A stretch of DNA of 64,000 nucleotides from NCBI GenBank assembly GCA_965197925.1, contig CBDAOC010000019.1, forward strand, positions 288,001 to 352,000. Reading direction: 5' to 3'. The DNA comes from Nitrososphaerales archaeon (GTDB taxonomy: Archaea > Thermoproteota > Nitrososphaeria > Nitrososphaerales > UBA213). A program made the translations under genes and the position numbers. The notes beneath the pieces are model-generated. The model was given only the letters and a program-made list of their open reading frames with translations. It was not told where the DNA came from and did no database searches. Below, one piece after another: positions 23,779 through 36,112 of the stretch (positions within the stretch are counted from its first letter, which is position 1; every line of letters starts with the position of its first letter).

Positions 23779-24870
23779 GAGGCATGGGCATTATTCCATA
23801 TAACAAAAATAACTTGATGCCTCTGATTGATTAACTTCCCAACATGTGCTTCAATGCCCTTAATGGTCTTCCTGTCAAGTAGTTGTAGTATACCATCAGC
23901 TGGTATAGCAATATAGAAATCAGAACGATGCTCCTAGCTTTATCGAACCCTCTAACTGGCAATGGATCTATGGTAAATACATCCTTTATCTGCTCTATCA
24001 ATGGTTCAACACTTATGCTCCTCCGAGAATATACATGCTGCCCATATTCAGAGTTATAGAACTGCAGCAATGCCAGTCTATTATTATCTGTAGTATGCCT
24101 ATACCTTTCCAATGGGAATACTGGATGCCCTCTATACCCGCTGAAATCACATAACTTGTGATCATCATATCCTTCATCTCCTACAACATACCTTACCATT
24201 CCTGTAGGCAATGAAGATGTTATGCTTTCATACATCTTGTTATCAGTAATGTTAGCTGTTGTGAAATCAGCTGATAATGGAACTATCAATGAACCTGTGC
24301 TACATGCTAGATGCAGTTTGTATCCGAATATCCATCCCTTGGTTCTGCTGTAGCCCCATCGAGCATCTGTATCTATACCGGAGCGTGGCACTTCATTCTT
24401 CTTCATGTTTGATCTATGCCATACATGTCCCTTTGCTTTCAACAATGAACTGTCAACGGATACTATGGCTGGGTCTACCAACCCATCTTTTATGAAGAGC
24501 ATACCCATAGCACCTATCCTTGATCTTATGTCAATTGATATGGCCTTGACCTTCTGTCGAATGTTCTTCTGTCTGGCAACCTATCAAGACCACATGCCTT
24601 CATTACCTTCCTGTTGTATGGCATGTCTATCGAATAGTATTCATGCAAAGCATTGTTGCCTGGTATTCTTACCCATACTCTAACGATGAAGCATCTCATC
24701 ATTACTGTAGGAGAATAGTAGAATGGTCTACCCCTTTTCCTAAGAGGTTTTGGCCGAATCACGTCAATCAAAAATAATATACGAAGGAGTATCGAGTCTG
24801 AGATAAACATATCAACAATAAAAACTAGAACCTGATCTTATCGTTTCGAACTAAATTACGCCCAAGCCTC
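23779..24870 (-). mobile_element. IS family A copy 3 with perfect 8-bp target duplication
   Basis: TIRs as above; AGCTAAAT at 23771-23778 and 24871-24878; transposase split into 24526..24810 and 23831..24508. Confidence 0.95.
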
Positions 24871-25211
24871 AGCTAAATAAAGAAATATCGGAACAGAAAT
24901 TGAGATAGCACTTTTGTATGACGTTACTCAATTTCTACACAAATGTTCTCTAAATTTCATAATATTGATGGAGAATCTGTATTAGCACAATAGTTCTTGA
25001 GATGTTGCGAAACGATATATTCAAATATCCTGAAACTACCAAAAAGGGATCGATGTCCCTCAATGCTCATTATTGGTGTAATTATTACAAGCAGTCCTGA
25101 AACAAAATATTGAAAATTACAATAGTTCTTCTTAATGTAATTAAAATGCTGTAACATTCAAGAATTTTTGGGATATTGCTTAATAGCCGTTTCACATTGA
25201 TAAATTTGGAT

Positions 25212-25947
25212 GTGAAATATATTAAAAAAGGAAAGATAAGAATTGTAGCGGACGAACGAGAAAGGAAAAGTAGAATACCCTATGAACGCACGAGGCTAAA
25301 TGCATAGGTTGATTTTAAGCAATTGGATGTGGGTGATTACCTAATTTCACCAAGTGGAGCCGTAGAACGTAAATCCATACGAGATCTGATGAATTCAATT
25401 TATGAAGGTAGGTTATTTACACAATGTTCCGAGCTTGCATTGCACTATGGCAAACCGATTTTAGTAATTGAAGGTGACATAAATTCTGTTGAGAAACTAA
25501 CTGACAATATGATGGTTTTTTATGGTGCGGTTGCAACTCTTGCACTCAATTTCAAGTTAGTAATTATACATACAGCAATAAAAAAAATACAGCCATGATG
25601 TTGTACTCATTGGCTCATAATGCATTGAAGAATAATGAGACAGGGCCACAAAAAATTAAAAAAAGGTAATGCGGTAGAAATTCAGCAATTATCAATTTTG
25701 GCATCATTGCCTGGTATAGGTGAAAAACTTGCCGTTAGAATGCTTACGAAGTTCAAAACACCAATTAAGGCTTTGAATGCATCAACGGCGGATCTTGCAC
25801 GGATTGGGGGAATGGGTTATGTTCGGGCATCGAAGTTACGCAAGATTTTTTTTAGATACAATACTAGTTGATGAAAAAATAGAGTTACAAACAGCCCTAG
25901 ACACCTATGATATCAATGATAATAAAATATCATTAGATTATAGGTGA
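25212..25947 (+). pseudogene. xpf: XPF/ERCC4 structure-specific endonuclease pseudogene
   Basis: IVADERE, GDY, VERKS..D, IEG, HhH LPGIG; in-frame TAG 25305-25307 plus frameshifts; end approximate. Confidence 0.85.
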
Positions 25948-26107
25948 TGGTTCTTGGTGCTGGCTGAATAAAAATGTCTTGTAGATAATATACATTAATG
26001 TAATTCCGTAATAAGAAAATCAAGAATCCGTTCTTTCTAGAATCAGAAACAACCTAATTGCAATCTCGGACGGAGAGCAAGTATTCTAGAATATTTCCAA
26101 CAAAAGA

Positions 26108-26620
26108 TCAATGCTTTTTATTATGTGTTAATTTTGTTCTAAGTCTATTTCCACAAGTTACGCATTGTTTTTCATTTTTCCTATACAATACACTACAAGC
26201 TGGGCAATATCTCAACCATGTTCCGACTTTTGTTATACCTTTACTCATTACATAAGACACTTGAATATTCGAAAGTTCCCCAACATTTGCTACAGCAAAA
26301 TCATCAGTTATTATTAATGGATTTGAATCCCTCAATTCAAAAGCCAATGCTATCACTGAAAGATCAGCTTCGGACATCTTAACGAGATCTCCACTTTTTT
26401 TAGCTATATATCTGGCAGAAGTTATGAATTTGGCTTCGGGTTCTATGACTTTCAGATTACTTGACTGTACAAGCACCTCTATTGCAGAAATTGAACTTTT
26501 AATATGTCTTATTTCCTCAAATACTTTGTCTGTAGTATAATATTTCAAAAGACCCGAGAAGGCAATCCCAGCATAAAATGCACTTGCGTCCAATATGACA
26601 CTAGAATCCGAGTTTAGCAA
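26108..26620 (-). CDS. nob1: NOB1-like PIN/Zn-ribbon rRNA maturation endonuclease
   Basis: ILDASAF, SEAD, TDDFAVAN, CPAC...CVTCG. Confidence 0.9.
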   Translation of the reverse strand: MLNSDSSVILDASAFYAGIAFSGLLKYYTTDKVFEEIRHIKSSISAIEVLVQSSNLKVIEPEAKFITSARYIAKKSGDLVKMSEADLSVIALAFELRDSNPLIITDDFAVANVGELSNIQVSYVMSKGITKVGTWLRYCPACSVLYRKNEKQCVTCGNRLRTKLTHNKKH

Positions 26621-27416
26621 GCTGCCTCAGACCCTTCGTCTCAAACCTTACAAAAGTTGCATCATGCTTATATCTTGCTATCTTGATATTGTCTTCACGT
26701 TTTGTTTCAAGAACAACCTGACCGTCAACAATTATTTTTGAATCAAAGTTACTGCTTATTTCTATCGGTTCATCGGGGAATATTAATGGTGGCATTCTAT
26801 TAACTGTATTCATTGGAGTTAACAAAAGAACATTAAGCTCTTCATACAGAACAGGACCGCCTACAGAGTATGAATGTCCAGTTGATCCAGTAGGAGTTGA
26901 AATAATTATTCCATCCATTCTCTGCTGTATTTCATCCTGTTTGAACTTTATCGTGAATGTAGGAGTTCTTGTAACATTGATTCTGCTTATAAAAACCTCA
27001 TTCAACGCAGGTACTGAATTTATTTGGTTTATTGATGCGTATATTCGCATTCTTTTTTCCAAATGAAACGAGTTTGAAAAGATCTTTTGCAAACTTGTGT
27101 TAACTTCATCAGCATGTACAGTTGCTAAGATTCCACGGGTCCCACCAGCTTTAATACTGAATATGGCTACACTTTTGGTAAGGCACCTAACAACTTTTAA
27201 GGTAGTACCATCACCACCAACAGCTATCGCAAGATCGATTTCCTTCTCAATTAATTCATCTATTTTACTTAGCATAGTTCCTTTTTCTACAATAAATGGT
27301 GATATAGTATAAACTTGAGACCCCCCTTCCTGTAGAAGTTTTACAACTTTCCTCGATATTCGTTCTGCAAGGGGGCTATTTTGCTTAGTAACAATAGCTA
27401 CATTATGGATGTTCAT
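26601..27416 (-). CDS. nadK: NAD+ kinase
   Basis: GGDGT, ALNE, DG, STPTGSTGHSYSVGGP. Confidence 0.93.
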   Translation of the reverse strand: MNIHNVAIVTKQNSPLAERISRKVVKLLQEGGSQVYTISPFIVEKGTMLSKIDELIEKEIDLAIAVGGDGTTLKVVRCLTKSVAIFSIKAGGTRGILATVHADEVNTSLQKIFSNSFHLEKRMRIYASINQINSVPALNEVFISRINVTRTPTFTIKFKQDEIQQRMDGIIISTPTGSTGHSYSVGGPVLYEELNVLLLTPMNTVNRMPPLIFPDEPIEISSNFDSKIIVDGQVVLETKREDNIKIARYKHDATFVRFETKGLRQLAKLGF

Positions 27417-27634
27417 TTGGAATATTGTGTAGTGTAATTGGCATAAAATCCTTGCGAGTATCTACATTATATTTAAGTATCTTTTGGCGTTTAATTTTCA
27501 ATAGATTTCTGCTCGAAAATAAAAGTGTGATTTATCTCACATCATATTTTCATAGTACATTCCATAAAACTTGCAACATACCCGACTTCGTATTTTGTTA
27601 TTTGACACTTACCATTCTAAGGTGATTTACATTA

Positions 27635-28579
27635 GGCTGTGTGGAAACCATAGATGTTAACCCATTGTATATAGAATTGCACGTGAGATCAATTAGTTAG
27701 ATACCTAACATGCCTATGCATGAAAGAGTCTAGATATGTCAAACTTGCCAAAACTATGTTAGATGTGTTAATGACGGTCAAAATGCCTCTCTATGTGTAC
27801 AGGAAGAGCAATTTCATCTATACTGAATGGCAACACCTTATCCTTCTAACAGTAAGCCATTATGAAGAGAAGAGCTACAGAAGGCTCGTAGAATTGCTCT
27901 ATGAAGGATTCTATCTTAGAATGTATCTACAGAAAGTCCAATATTATGCAACTCTTCAGAAGTTTGCTGCAAGATTAGATGGTAGCACACTACAGAATAT
28001 TTTTTCATTCATTATTCTTAACAAGATTAGGAAATTGTTCTTAGGAATAGATGTATCTGGATTCAGAACCAGCAATGCATTGTCATGCTATACGGATAGA
28101 ACAGGAATAAGGAAAAAGTACATCAATCTATCTATAGGTGCTGAATTAAGAGAGTAAACAGCATGCTCATTGAGGATAAGAAGGGTGACCACAATACCAT
28201 AGATTTCAGACTAATTACGGAAAGAATATCTAACATAATGCTACTCTTTAGTTGTAGCAGATAAAGTGTAATGATAGTGAAACAAATCATGAAATTGTAC
28301 AAGAACTTGATGCTGTTAGTATCATACCAGCTAGATATGAAGATATTTCAATATTGAGAACCCATGAAAGATACAGCAAGCAAATGAAGAGGAGATTCTA
28401 TACAAGTCTATATCATCATAGAAACAAGAATGAGACGATAATGTCTATGGTAAAGTGAATATTTGGTGAGTATATAGCATCAAGGCTGGCCAAGATGTAG
28501 AATAGGGAACTGATGTCCAGAGTGATAGCCTACAACATGCTTAGATTGACTGTATTTATAGTATGGTTTTTACAGATCC
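27635..28579 (+). mobile_element. Degenerate IS5-like element
   Basis: Imperfect TIRs GGCTGTGTGGAAACCATA / TATGGTTTTTACAGATCC (14/18); TLQKFAAR, GIDVSGF, VVADK, HRNKNET; multiple stops. Confidence 0.8.
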
Positions 28580-28703
28580 CTACACATTACCGAAATGTAT
28601 TATCTATAACCTTCAATACATGAATTATTTATCAGAACATGGTACATCTTGTTAGGTGGAAACACAACAAAATCCGGTAACAATTTAAATATGATCGAAA
28701 GAT

Positions 28704-29564
28704 ATGAGAGAGGAAATGAGTTACGTACATGGTGAAGTTGTGGTAGAAACAAATTGGGTTGCGGAGCATATTAACGACTCCAAAGTAAGGGTGGTAGAAG
28801 TGGACTATAATCCAGAAAACGCGTATAATCAAGGACATGTGAAGAACGCAGGGCTTGCATGGTGGAAGCGGGACATAAATGATCCGGTAAGACGAGACAT
28901 AATCAGCTCAAAACAATACGAGGAGTTGATGGGCAGGATGGGAGTAACACAGGATACTACATTAGTACTTTATGGAGATTTTAATAACTGGTTCGCCGCC
29001 TTCGCGTTTTGGGTCTTCAAGTATTATGGACATGAAGATGTGAGAATAATGAACGGCGGTAGAAAGAAATGGGAAACTGAAAACAAGGAGTATGTAAAAG
29101 ATGAACCAAAATTCCAGATAACAACATATACCTCAAAACCTCCAAACGAAGAATTGAGGTCATATTTGCCTGAAGTGAGAAAGATAGTTGATACAAAGGA
29201 TCCAAACTGGGCAATGGTGGACGTTAGATCACCTAAAGAGTATAATGGAGAGATAACGGCTCCTCCTGAATATCCAACAGAGCATGCACAAAGGGGCGGA
29301 CACATTCCTGGGGCTGCAAATATAGCATGGGCGCAGGCCGTGAAAGATGATGGAACATTCAAATCTTTTGAGGAATTGAAGCAGTTGTATCAGAGCAAGG
29401 GAATAACCCCAGATAAGAATATTATAGCGTATTGCAGAATCGGAGAAAGATCATCACATACATGGTTTGTACTGAAATATCTATTAGGATATCAGAATGT
29501 AAAGAACTATGATGGTTCATGGACAGAATGGGGTAACATGATTCGCAATCCGATAGAAAAGTGA
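28704..29564 (+). CDS. Tandem-domain rhodanese / thiosulfate sulfurtransferase
   Basis: GHV, DVRS, GGHIPGA, YCRIGER, NYDGSWTEW. Confidence 0.95.
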   Translation: MREEMSYVHGEVVVETNWVAEHINDSKVRVVEVDYNPENAYNQGHVKNAGLAWWKRDINDPVRRDIISSKQYEELMGRMGVTQDTTLVLYGDFNNWFAAFAFWVFKYYGHEDVRIMNGGRKKWETENKEYVKDEPKFQITTYTSKPPNEELRSYLPEVRKIVDTKDPNWAMVDVRSPKEYNGEITAPPEYPTEHAQRGGHIPGAANIAWAQAVKDDGTFKSFEELKQLYQSKGITPDKNIIAYCRIGERSSHTWFVLKYLLGYQNVKNYDGSWTEWGNMIRNPIEK

Positions 29565-29569
29565 AGGTA

Positions 29570-29872
29570 ATGGGTAAAGACCAAAATCTCCTTAAGAAAG
29601 GAGAATTCTTCTTTATTTATGATGAAGATTCCAATATAATTCTTGAGGATAAAACAAAGCGTGGTCTTACTGTAATAGAACTATCTGCGGATGAGAAATT
29701 TGGTATAGAATCCGAAAAAGGCATGATCCATGATCAAGATGGCATCGGTCATAAGGTATCAATTCGATGGTATTTTCCCAAATCAAGATTTGTATATGGG
29801 GATGTATTAAAAAAAGGCATGGAAATGGAAGAGCGTTATAGAAAAATAAGGGAAATGACCTGTCCTGACTAA
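29570..29872 (+). CDS. Hypothetical protein adjacent to rhodanese
   Basis: Clean ORF directly after rhodanese, ends REMTCPD; start GTG 29561 or ATG 29570. Confidence 0.75.
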   Translation: MGKDQNLLKKGEFFFIYDEDSNIILEDKTKRGLTVIELSADEKFGIESEKGMIHDQDGIGHKVSIRWYFPKSRFVYGDVLKKGMEMEERYRKIREMTCPD

Positions 29873-29876
29873 GTAA

Positions 29877-30950
<1,074 letters not shown>

Positions 30951-31031
30951 CCCCTATAATTGTATGGGTGTTCATTTTCTGTTCAATTTTACAAAACAGT
31001 ATATATAGTTAATAACGAGAAAATAGGTTGA

Positions 31032-32543
31032 ATGCTCGCTTATATATCATTTGTATTTTTTATCACCGTCTCTTGGATTATGTCCCTTTACAGTTTGAAT
31101 TTTTACTATCTTGTATACATGTCTTGGAAAAATAGTAGGGAAGTAAAGTCAGTCGAGAATGGGTTTCCCATGGTAACAGTTCAGCTTCCAATATTCAACG
31201 AGAAGTATGTTTCCGCCAGACTAATTCAATCAGTATGTGCAATGGATTATCCTAAAGATAGGTTACAGATACAAGTTCTTGATGATTCAACTGATGATAC
31301 TAAAGACCTCTGTCAGAATATTGTAGAACGTTATAGGACGCTAGGGTATGATATAGAGCATGTAAGAAGGAAGAGTAGAGCAGGTTACAAAGCTGGTGCA
31401 TTAACAGAGGGGATGAAAACCACAAAAGGTGAGTTTATAGCTATATTTGACGCAGATTTTGTTCCCCCTAAATGGTTTTTGAGGAAAGCAATCAATTACT
31501 TTTCATCAGACAAGATTGGTATGATACAGTGTAGGTGGGGACATTTGAATGAAAATTACTCTCCATTGACTCAAGCACAGGCATTAAGTCTTGATTTTCA
31601 CTTTTTGATAGAACAGAAAGCCAAAAGTTTAACACATCTCTTCATGAACTTCAATGGTACAGCCGGTATATGGCGTAAGAGATGTATAGAAGATGCCGGG
31701 GGCTGGCAGGCTAACACTCTTGTTGAAGATATGGATTTGAGCTATAGAGCACAAATGAAAGGATGGCGTGCTTTGTTTTTGGATAAATTAGTATGTAATG
31801 GGGAAATCCCTGTTCAAATCAATGCAGCGAAGAGACAGCAGTACAGGTGGGCAAAAGGATCTATCCAGTGTGGCGTGAAACTTCTTGGAGATATAATAAC
31901 GAACAGGAAATTTCCACCAGACACAAAGATACAGGCATTCATTCAATTAACTAGGCATATAGTGCACCCATTGATGTTGATACAATTCTTATTTCTTCCA
32001 ATATTGCTTGCAATGGATTTTAAATTGTATCCAATTAGTATTTATCCTATAACTGCATTGGTAGTATACCTGCTCTTTGGTCCTGCTTTTTACCTATACG
32101 TTATAAAACGCCTCTGGAGACAATCTTGGCTGAACAAGGCCAAGGCTTATTTGTATCTAATATTGTTCTCAATAGGAATATCAGTAAACAACACAGTAGC
32201 AGTTTTCGATGCAATGAATGGAGGCAGACCAGAATTTCTTAGAACACCGAAGTTTGGGATTACTGATAAAGGTGACAATTGGAGAGATAAGGCCTATACA
32301 CTACCATTTACACAAACTACATTGTTAGAGATATTCTTTGGTGCTTATGGCATATTAGGAATATTCATATCAATATTTAGCGGAAATCCTGTTTATGCAC
32401 CAATATTAGCCCTGCAGACAATGGGGTTCATTTACATATCATTTCTTAGCATTAAACATTCTATGCTTTCAACATTTAAAAATAAGGAAGGCAATGAATT
32501 AAGAGAGATAGTGGGAGAGAAAAGTGGTAGCAAGACGATATAA
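31032..32543 (+). CDS. Processive GT2 glycosyltransferase (cellulose synthase-like)
   Basis: DDS, KAGAL, FDAD, ED, QQYRW; multiple TM helices. Confidence 0.92.
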   Translation: MLAYISFVFFITVSWIMSLYSLNFYYLVYMSWKNSREVKSVENGFPMVTVQLPIFNEKYVSARLIQSVCAMDYPKDRLQIQVLDDSTDDTKDLCQNIVERYRTLGYDIEHVRRKSRAGYKAGALTEGMKTTKGEFIAIFDADFVPPKWFLRKAINYFSSDKIGMIQCRWGHLNENYSPLTQAQALSLDFHFLIEQKAKSLTHLFMNFNGTAGIWRKRCIEDAGGWQANTLVEDMDLSYRAQMKGWRALFLDKLVCNGEIPVQINAAKRQQYRWAKGSIQCGVKLLGDIITNRKFPPDTKIQAFIQLTRHIVHPLMLIQFLFLPILLAMDFKLYPISIYPITALVVYLLFGPAFYLYVIKRLWRQSWLNKAKAYLYLILFSIGISVNNTVAVFDAMNGGRPEFLRTPKFGITDKGDNWRDKAYTLPFTQTTLLEIFFGAYGILGIFISIFSGNPVYAPILALQTMGFIYISFLSIKHSMLSTFKNKEGNELREIVGEKSGSKTI

Positions 32544-33051
32544 AGCTATAATGATAATGACGCTTGGGCTCTTATTGTTTGGTGTGATTATGGCATATGT
32601 TGGTTATAGCCAAACAGTTTATCCTTTGGAAAAAGCCAAAGGATATCTTCAAAGAAGCTTGTCCTCTCCGTCACCAGAAATGATGTTAGATTACCTTGCG
32701 AGTGCGAAACCCTTGATTCCAAGGGAAGGAAATCCTGTATGGGCATTTCCTACTGTGACAACTGACTTTGGTTTGATGCAGAGAGATATGGACATGATGA
32801 TGGACAGACTGAGAATTCTATCTACATTGCCTAGAGATGGCACGGCTTTTAACACGGGACTTGGCGATGTTCGTGGTGAACTATCCATACTTGAAACACA
32901 GATCGACGCAGCGCAACCATATGTTTATGCCAGTTTCCAGAATGTTGTTCTAAGTTCCATATGGATTGCCATAATATTGATGATCTTCACAATATTGAAA
33001 AGAGGAAAGGCGAAGTTAGAGGAATATGAAAAAGTTATTGGCGGAGAATAA
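32524..33051 (+). CDS. Two-TM membrane protein overlapping the GT2 gene
   Basis: N- and C-terminal hydrophobic helices; 20-nt overlap. Confidence 0.75.
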   Translation: MVARRYKAIMIMTLGLLLFGVIMAYVGYSQTVYPLEKAKGYLQRSLSSPSPEMMLDYLASAKPLIPREGNPVWAFPTVTTDFGLMQRDMDMMMDRLRILSTLPRDGTAFNTGLGDVRGELSILETQIDAAQPYVYASFQNVVLSSIWIAIILMIFTILKRGKAKLEEYEKVIGGE

Positions 33052-33620
33052 TTAGCACCTAGCTTCTAAGATCTTAAACCATATTTCTCCAGTTATAATA
33101 ATATTTAATTGCTAATGAATATTAGATAAGGTTTACCTAGTCAAGTCTACTATAGATGTTTCTATGATTGATACTTCTACGCATTAATTTCTGCTTTGGC
33201 TTTGTTTATTCATACTTACCATACGCCCAATAGATGTCTCCCCCATTATCAGTTTAATCTGTACTCATTCTAGAATTGTGTGTCATAAGCAAGATCTACA
33301 AACTTTATTCCAATCAAAATTTACCGCCCCTTACCTAGATTGAAACTCCATTATTAATCAAATTATAATGTAGGATTATTCAAACCCATGCTTTTTCATC
33401 CCATGAGAATGTAATTATGGAATTCTCTAGAACACCTTATTTGTATAGTGTAAAATTAGAGTAAAAGGTTGGGTGATTAACAGTAAAAATTTATCATATA
33501 TCCAAAGATAATTCAGTGGGTACATAGGGAATATTATACTCATAATGAAATAATTATAAGTATTTTGTTCACGTTAAATGACATCTTCACATAAATCATT
33601 TATGAGATAAAATACCTCAA

Positions 33621-34499
33621 ATGTCTATCGATAATCTGTATAGACGAATAGAATCGTCAGGAGTAAATGGCGTACCAAAGGCACAACTTAAGAAAGAGTT
33701 CGATATCACTAGCGATCAACTCTTCGATGGGTTACTCTCTAAAGGTGTTATATTTGAGGAAAAGAAGGAGCGTAAAATAACCTACTGGTCAAAAGATAAC
33801 TACGTGCAATATCTTGTGGGTGACGACCCAAAGTTCAAGTTAATATTCGATTTGAATTCAAAAGCCAATAATACAATTTTAGATACAATTTCAAAGATAA
33901 ACAGTGAGCTAAACAATAAAGTTGCTACTGTAACAGAAGAATTGAACAATAAAGTTGCTACTGTAACAGAAGAATTGAACAATAAAGTTGCTACTGTAAC
34001 AGAAGAATTGAACAATAAAGTTGCTACTGTAACAGAAGAATTGAACAATAAAGTTGCTACTGTAACAGAAGAATTGAACAATAAGGTAAATTCAGATACA
34101 ATTTCAAAGATAAACAGTGAGCTAAACAATAAAGTTGCTACTGTAACAGAAGAATTGAACAATATAGTTAATAGAACCCTTACTGACGTAAGGAAAACAG
34201 TAGAACAAACACCTAAAACAAAGGGAAACTGGGATAATGGTAATACTAATTTAACTCTAGATAAATTCAAGATGGAGTTTGATCGGACTTTAACGGATAT
34301 TCCAACTTCAATAGGTTGGGTCGAGATGGCTATGATAAGAGAGAGGATTTGTGACAAATATACAATATCAACACAGAATTTCTATACGTTAGCTTCACAG
34401 CTTTTTGACCAATTCAACAACGGGTACGAATTATCATCTGGAGGCAACGAAGGGGTAACGGTTAGAGGTTTATTGCATGGTTTCGTGAGGTGTATATAA
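33621..34499 (+). CDS. Putative wHTH - 11-residue-repeat coiled coil - wHTH-like protein
   Basis: Long ORF with NNKVATVTEEL x6; TAATG overlap with the downstream ATPase. Confidence 0.8.
   Translation: MSIDNLYRRIESSGVNGVPKAQLKKEFDITSDQLFDGLLSKGVIFEEKKERKITYWSKDNYVQYLVGDDPKFKLIFDLNSKANNTILDTISKINSELNNKVATVTEELNNKVATVTEELNNKVATVTEELNNKVATVTEELNNKVATVTEELNNKVNSDTISKINSELNNKVATVTEELNNIVNRTLTDVRKTVEQTPKTKGNWDNGNTNLTLDKFKMEFDRTLTDIPTSIGWVEMAMIRERICDKYTISTQNFYTLASQLFDQFNNGYELSSGGNEGVTVRGLLHGFVRCI
33881..34164 (+). repeat. Coding 33-bp tandem repeat (5 perfect + 1) within a duplicated block
   Basis: AACAATAAAGTTGCTACTGTAACAGAAGAATTG at 33912-34076 (x5) and 34125-34157; 31-bp leader repeated at 33881 and 34094. 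Confidence 0.97.
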
Positions 34500-36112
34500 T
34501 GTACCCTTATAATTTGAAGGATAATCCTTTTCCTAGTAGTCCTACGGCTACTCTAATGGATGCAAAAGTTTTAGGAGGCCCAAGACATAAAGCTTCGAAA
34601 GAAGCTGTAGTGAATTGCATAACTGAGCTCTTTGACAAAGTCTCTAACAAAGGAAATGCTAACCAAAAGGATTTTCGCTTAATTACTGTGATACAAGATG
34701 TAGGAGCGGGCAAGACGCACCTTGCTCTACATATAAAGACAACTCAAACTAATTCCGTTTGTTCTTATGTTGACCTGAGTACAATCTCACCAAAAAATTT
34801 ATCAAGTCTTTATAGTGCGCTGATAGATGGTTTTAGTAACGAAGATATTAATCAATTAAAGGCTACTGTTGTTGATTATATTAAAAACGAGGCACTTGAT
34901 GGTGATAAAGTGGCAAAGAAGGTATTCAGACCACCTTTCTTTGGAGGGAAGAAAGTGGGGGTGTTAGCCAACGAAGTTCTGGAGGGAAAGAGGATTCCTG
35001 ATATTCGTGCGCTAAACGAATTCCTAATTGATGATTTTAGTGTTATTGAGCGTATTGTGTTGAAGCAGATAATGTTTGATGATTTCAAAAATACTTCGAA
35101 TGTAAAGAATTTGGAGGAAATGTTACTTCAATTATCAGCAATAGCGAAATTGAACTTGAAATTTCTGAATAAAGTAACTGTGTTGGAGATAGATGAATTT
35201 GATTCAAACGTAGATGCTACTGATTTTATAAAGGCCGTTATAAATGCACATCTACCTTCAACAGTATTGTTGCTTATAACTACACCATCTCTTTACGCAG
35301 ACGTGCAGAAGGTTGCACCATCGGTTTTTGACAGACTGGAGAAGGCTAACTACAAGATAGATCTTGCAGGCTCAAGTACTTTTGAAGAAGTTTCTGATAT
35401 AGTACTAGAATACATAAGGGTGAATTTGAAGGATTTGACATTTGGAATGTATGAAAATGATATAATGAACAAAACAAGGGTAATCTATGATGAATTCCAA
35501 GAATTCAGAAGTATACGCTCAATGCTTAACATATTGTATCATGCAATGGAAATTTCAGGTAGAATGAATGGAGATACGATAACGGAGGAGGCATTGGATG
35601 AAACCATAAGACAAGCCTATCCTGGTCTAAGGGTTAGAGGAAGCATAATGAACGTCCCCATATCAGAATTTATCAGGATTAGAAGAGACTGTGCTGAATC
35701 TACAATCTTGGAGACTAATGTAAAGGATGCAATAAAGAGCTTAGTTACGTTTGCACACGAACAAGGAAGAGTATCAAAACCCGAGTATCCCAATGGTAAA
35801 GGCGCAGTTCAAAATGTAGATGCTTTATACAATGTTTCTGATGGGAGCAAGGTCGCAGTAGCAGTAGTGATTGACAAGGATCACGTAAAGGGCATAGAGA
35901 GGATATCAAACACAAATAATTTAGGTGCTGATAAATTGGTGGTACTTACGAATGCTCATACCGTTAGTGCAGATGATACTACTGTAGTAAATATGGATAA
36001 ATGTAAAATGATAGACCTCATCTACTTCAACAGGAAGTACAAGGACGAAAATATAATAGAGACAGATTCAGATAGGGCATTGATGCTAGCAAAATCAATG
36101 TCACTATGTTGA
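34499..36112 (+). CDS. Divergent AAA+/STAND-like P-loop ATPase
   Basis: N-terminal NPF, Walker A QDVGAGKTH, Walker B VLEIDEFD, FDRL Arg-finger-like; SD-like GAGGTG at 34487. Confidence 0.85.
   Translation: MYPYNLKDNPFPSSPTATLMDAKVLGGPRHKASKEAVVNCITELFDKVSNKGNANQKDFRLITVIQDVGAGKTHLALHIKTTQTNSVCSYVDLSTISPKNLSSLYSALIDGFSNEDINQLKATVVDYIKNEALDGDKVAKKVFRPPFFGGKKVGVLANEVLEGKRIPDIRALNEFLIDDFSVIERIVLKQIMFDDFKNTSNVKNLEEMLLQLSAIAKLNLKFLNKVTVLEIDEFDSNVDATDFIKAVINAHLPSTVLLLITTPSLYADVQKVAPSVFDRLEKANYKIDLAGSSTFEEVSDIVLEYIRVNLKDLTFGMYENDIMNKTRVIYDEFQEFRSIRSMLNILYHAMEISGRMNGDTITEEALDETIRQAYPGLRVRGSIMNVPISEFIRIRRDCAESTILETNVKDAIKSLVTFAHEQGRVSKPEYPNGKGAVQNVDALYNVSDGSKVAVAVVIDKDHVKGIERISNTNNLGADKLVVLTNAHTVSADDTTVVNMDKCKMIDLIYFNRKYKDENIIETDSDRALMLAKSMSLC

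Noticed and set aside
24509..24560. Programmed frameshift in the IS family A transposase
   Set aside because: No slippery sequence; copy 1 is in frame at this site, so it is a deletion
25305..25307. TAG read-through (pyrrolysine or recoding) in XPF
   Set aside because: The gene also has frameshifts, and TAG is a normal stop in other genes here
33912..34157. 33-bp repeats as CRISPR or ncRNA
   Set aside because: Spacerless and in frame within a CDS
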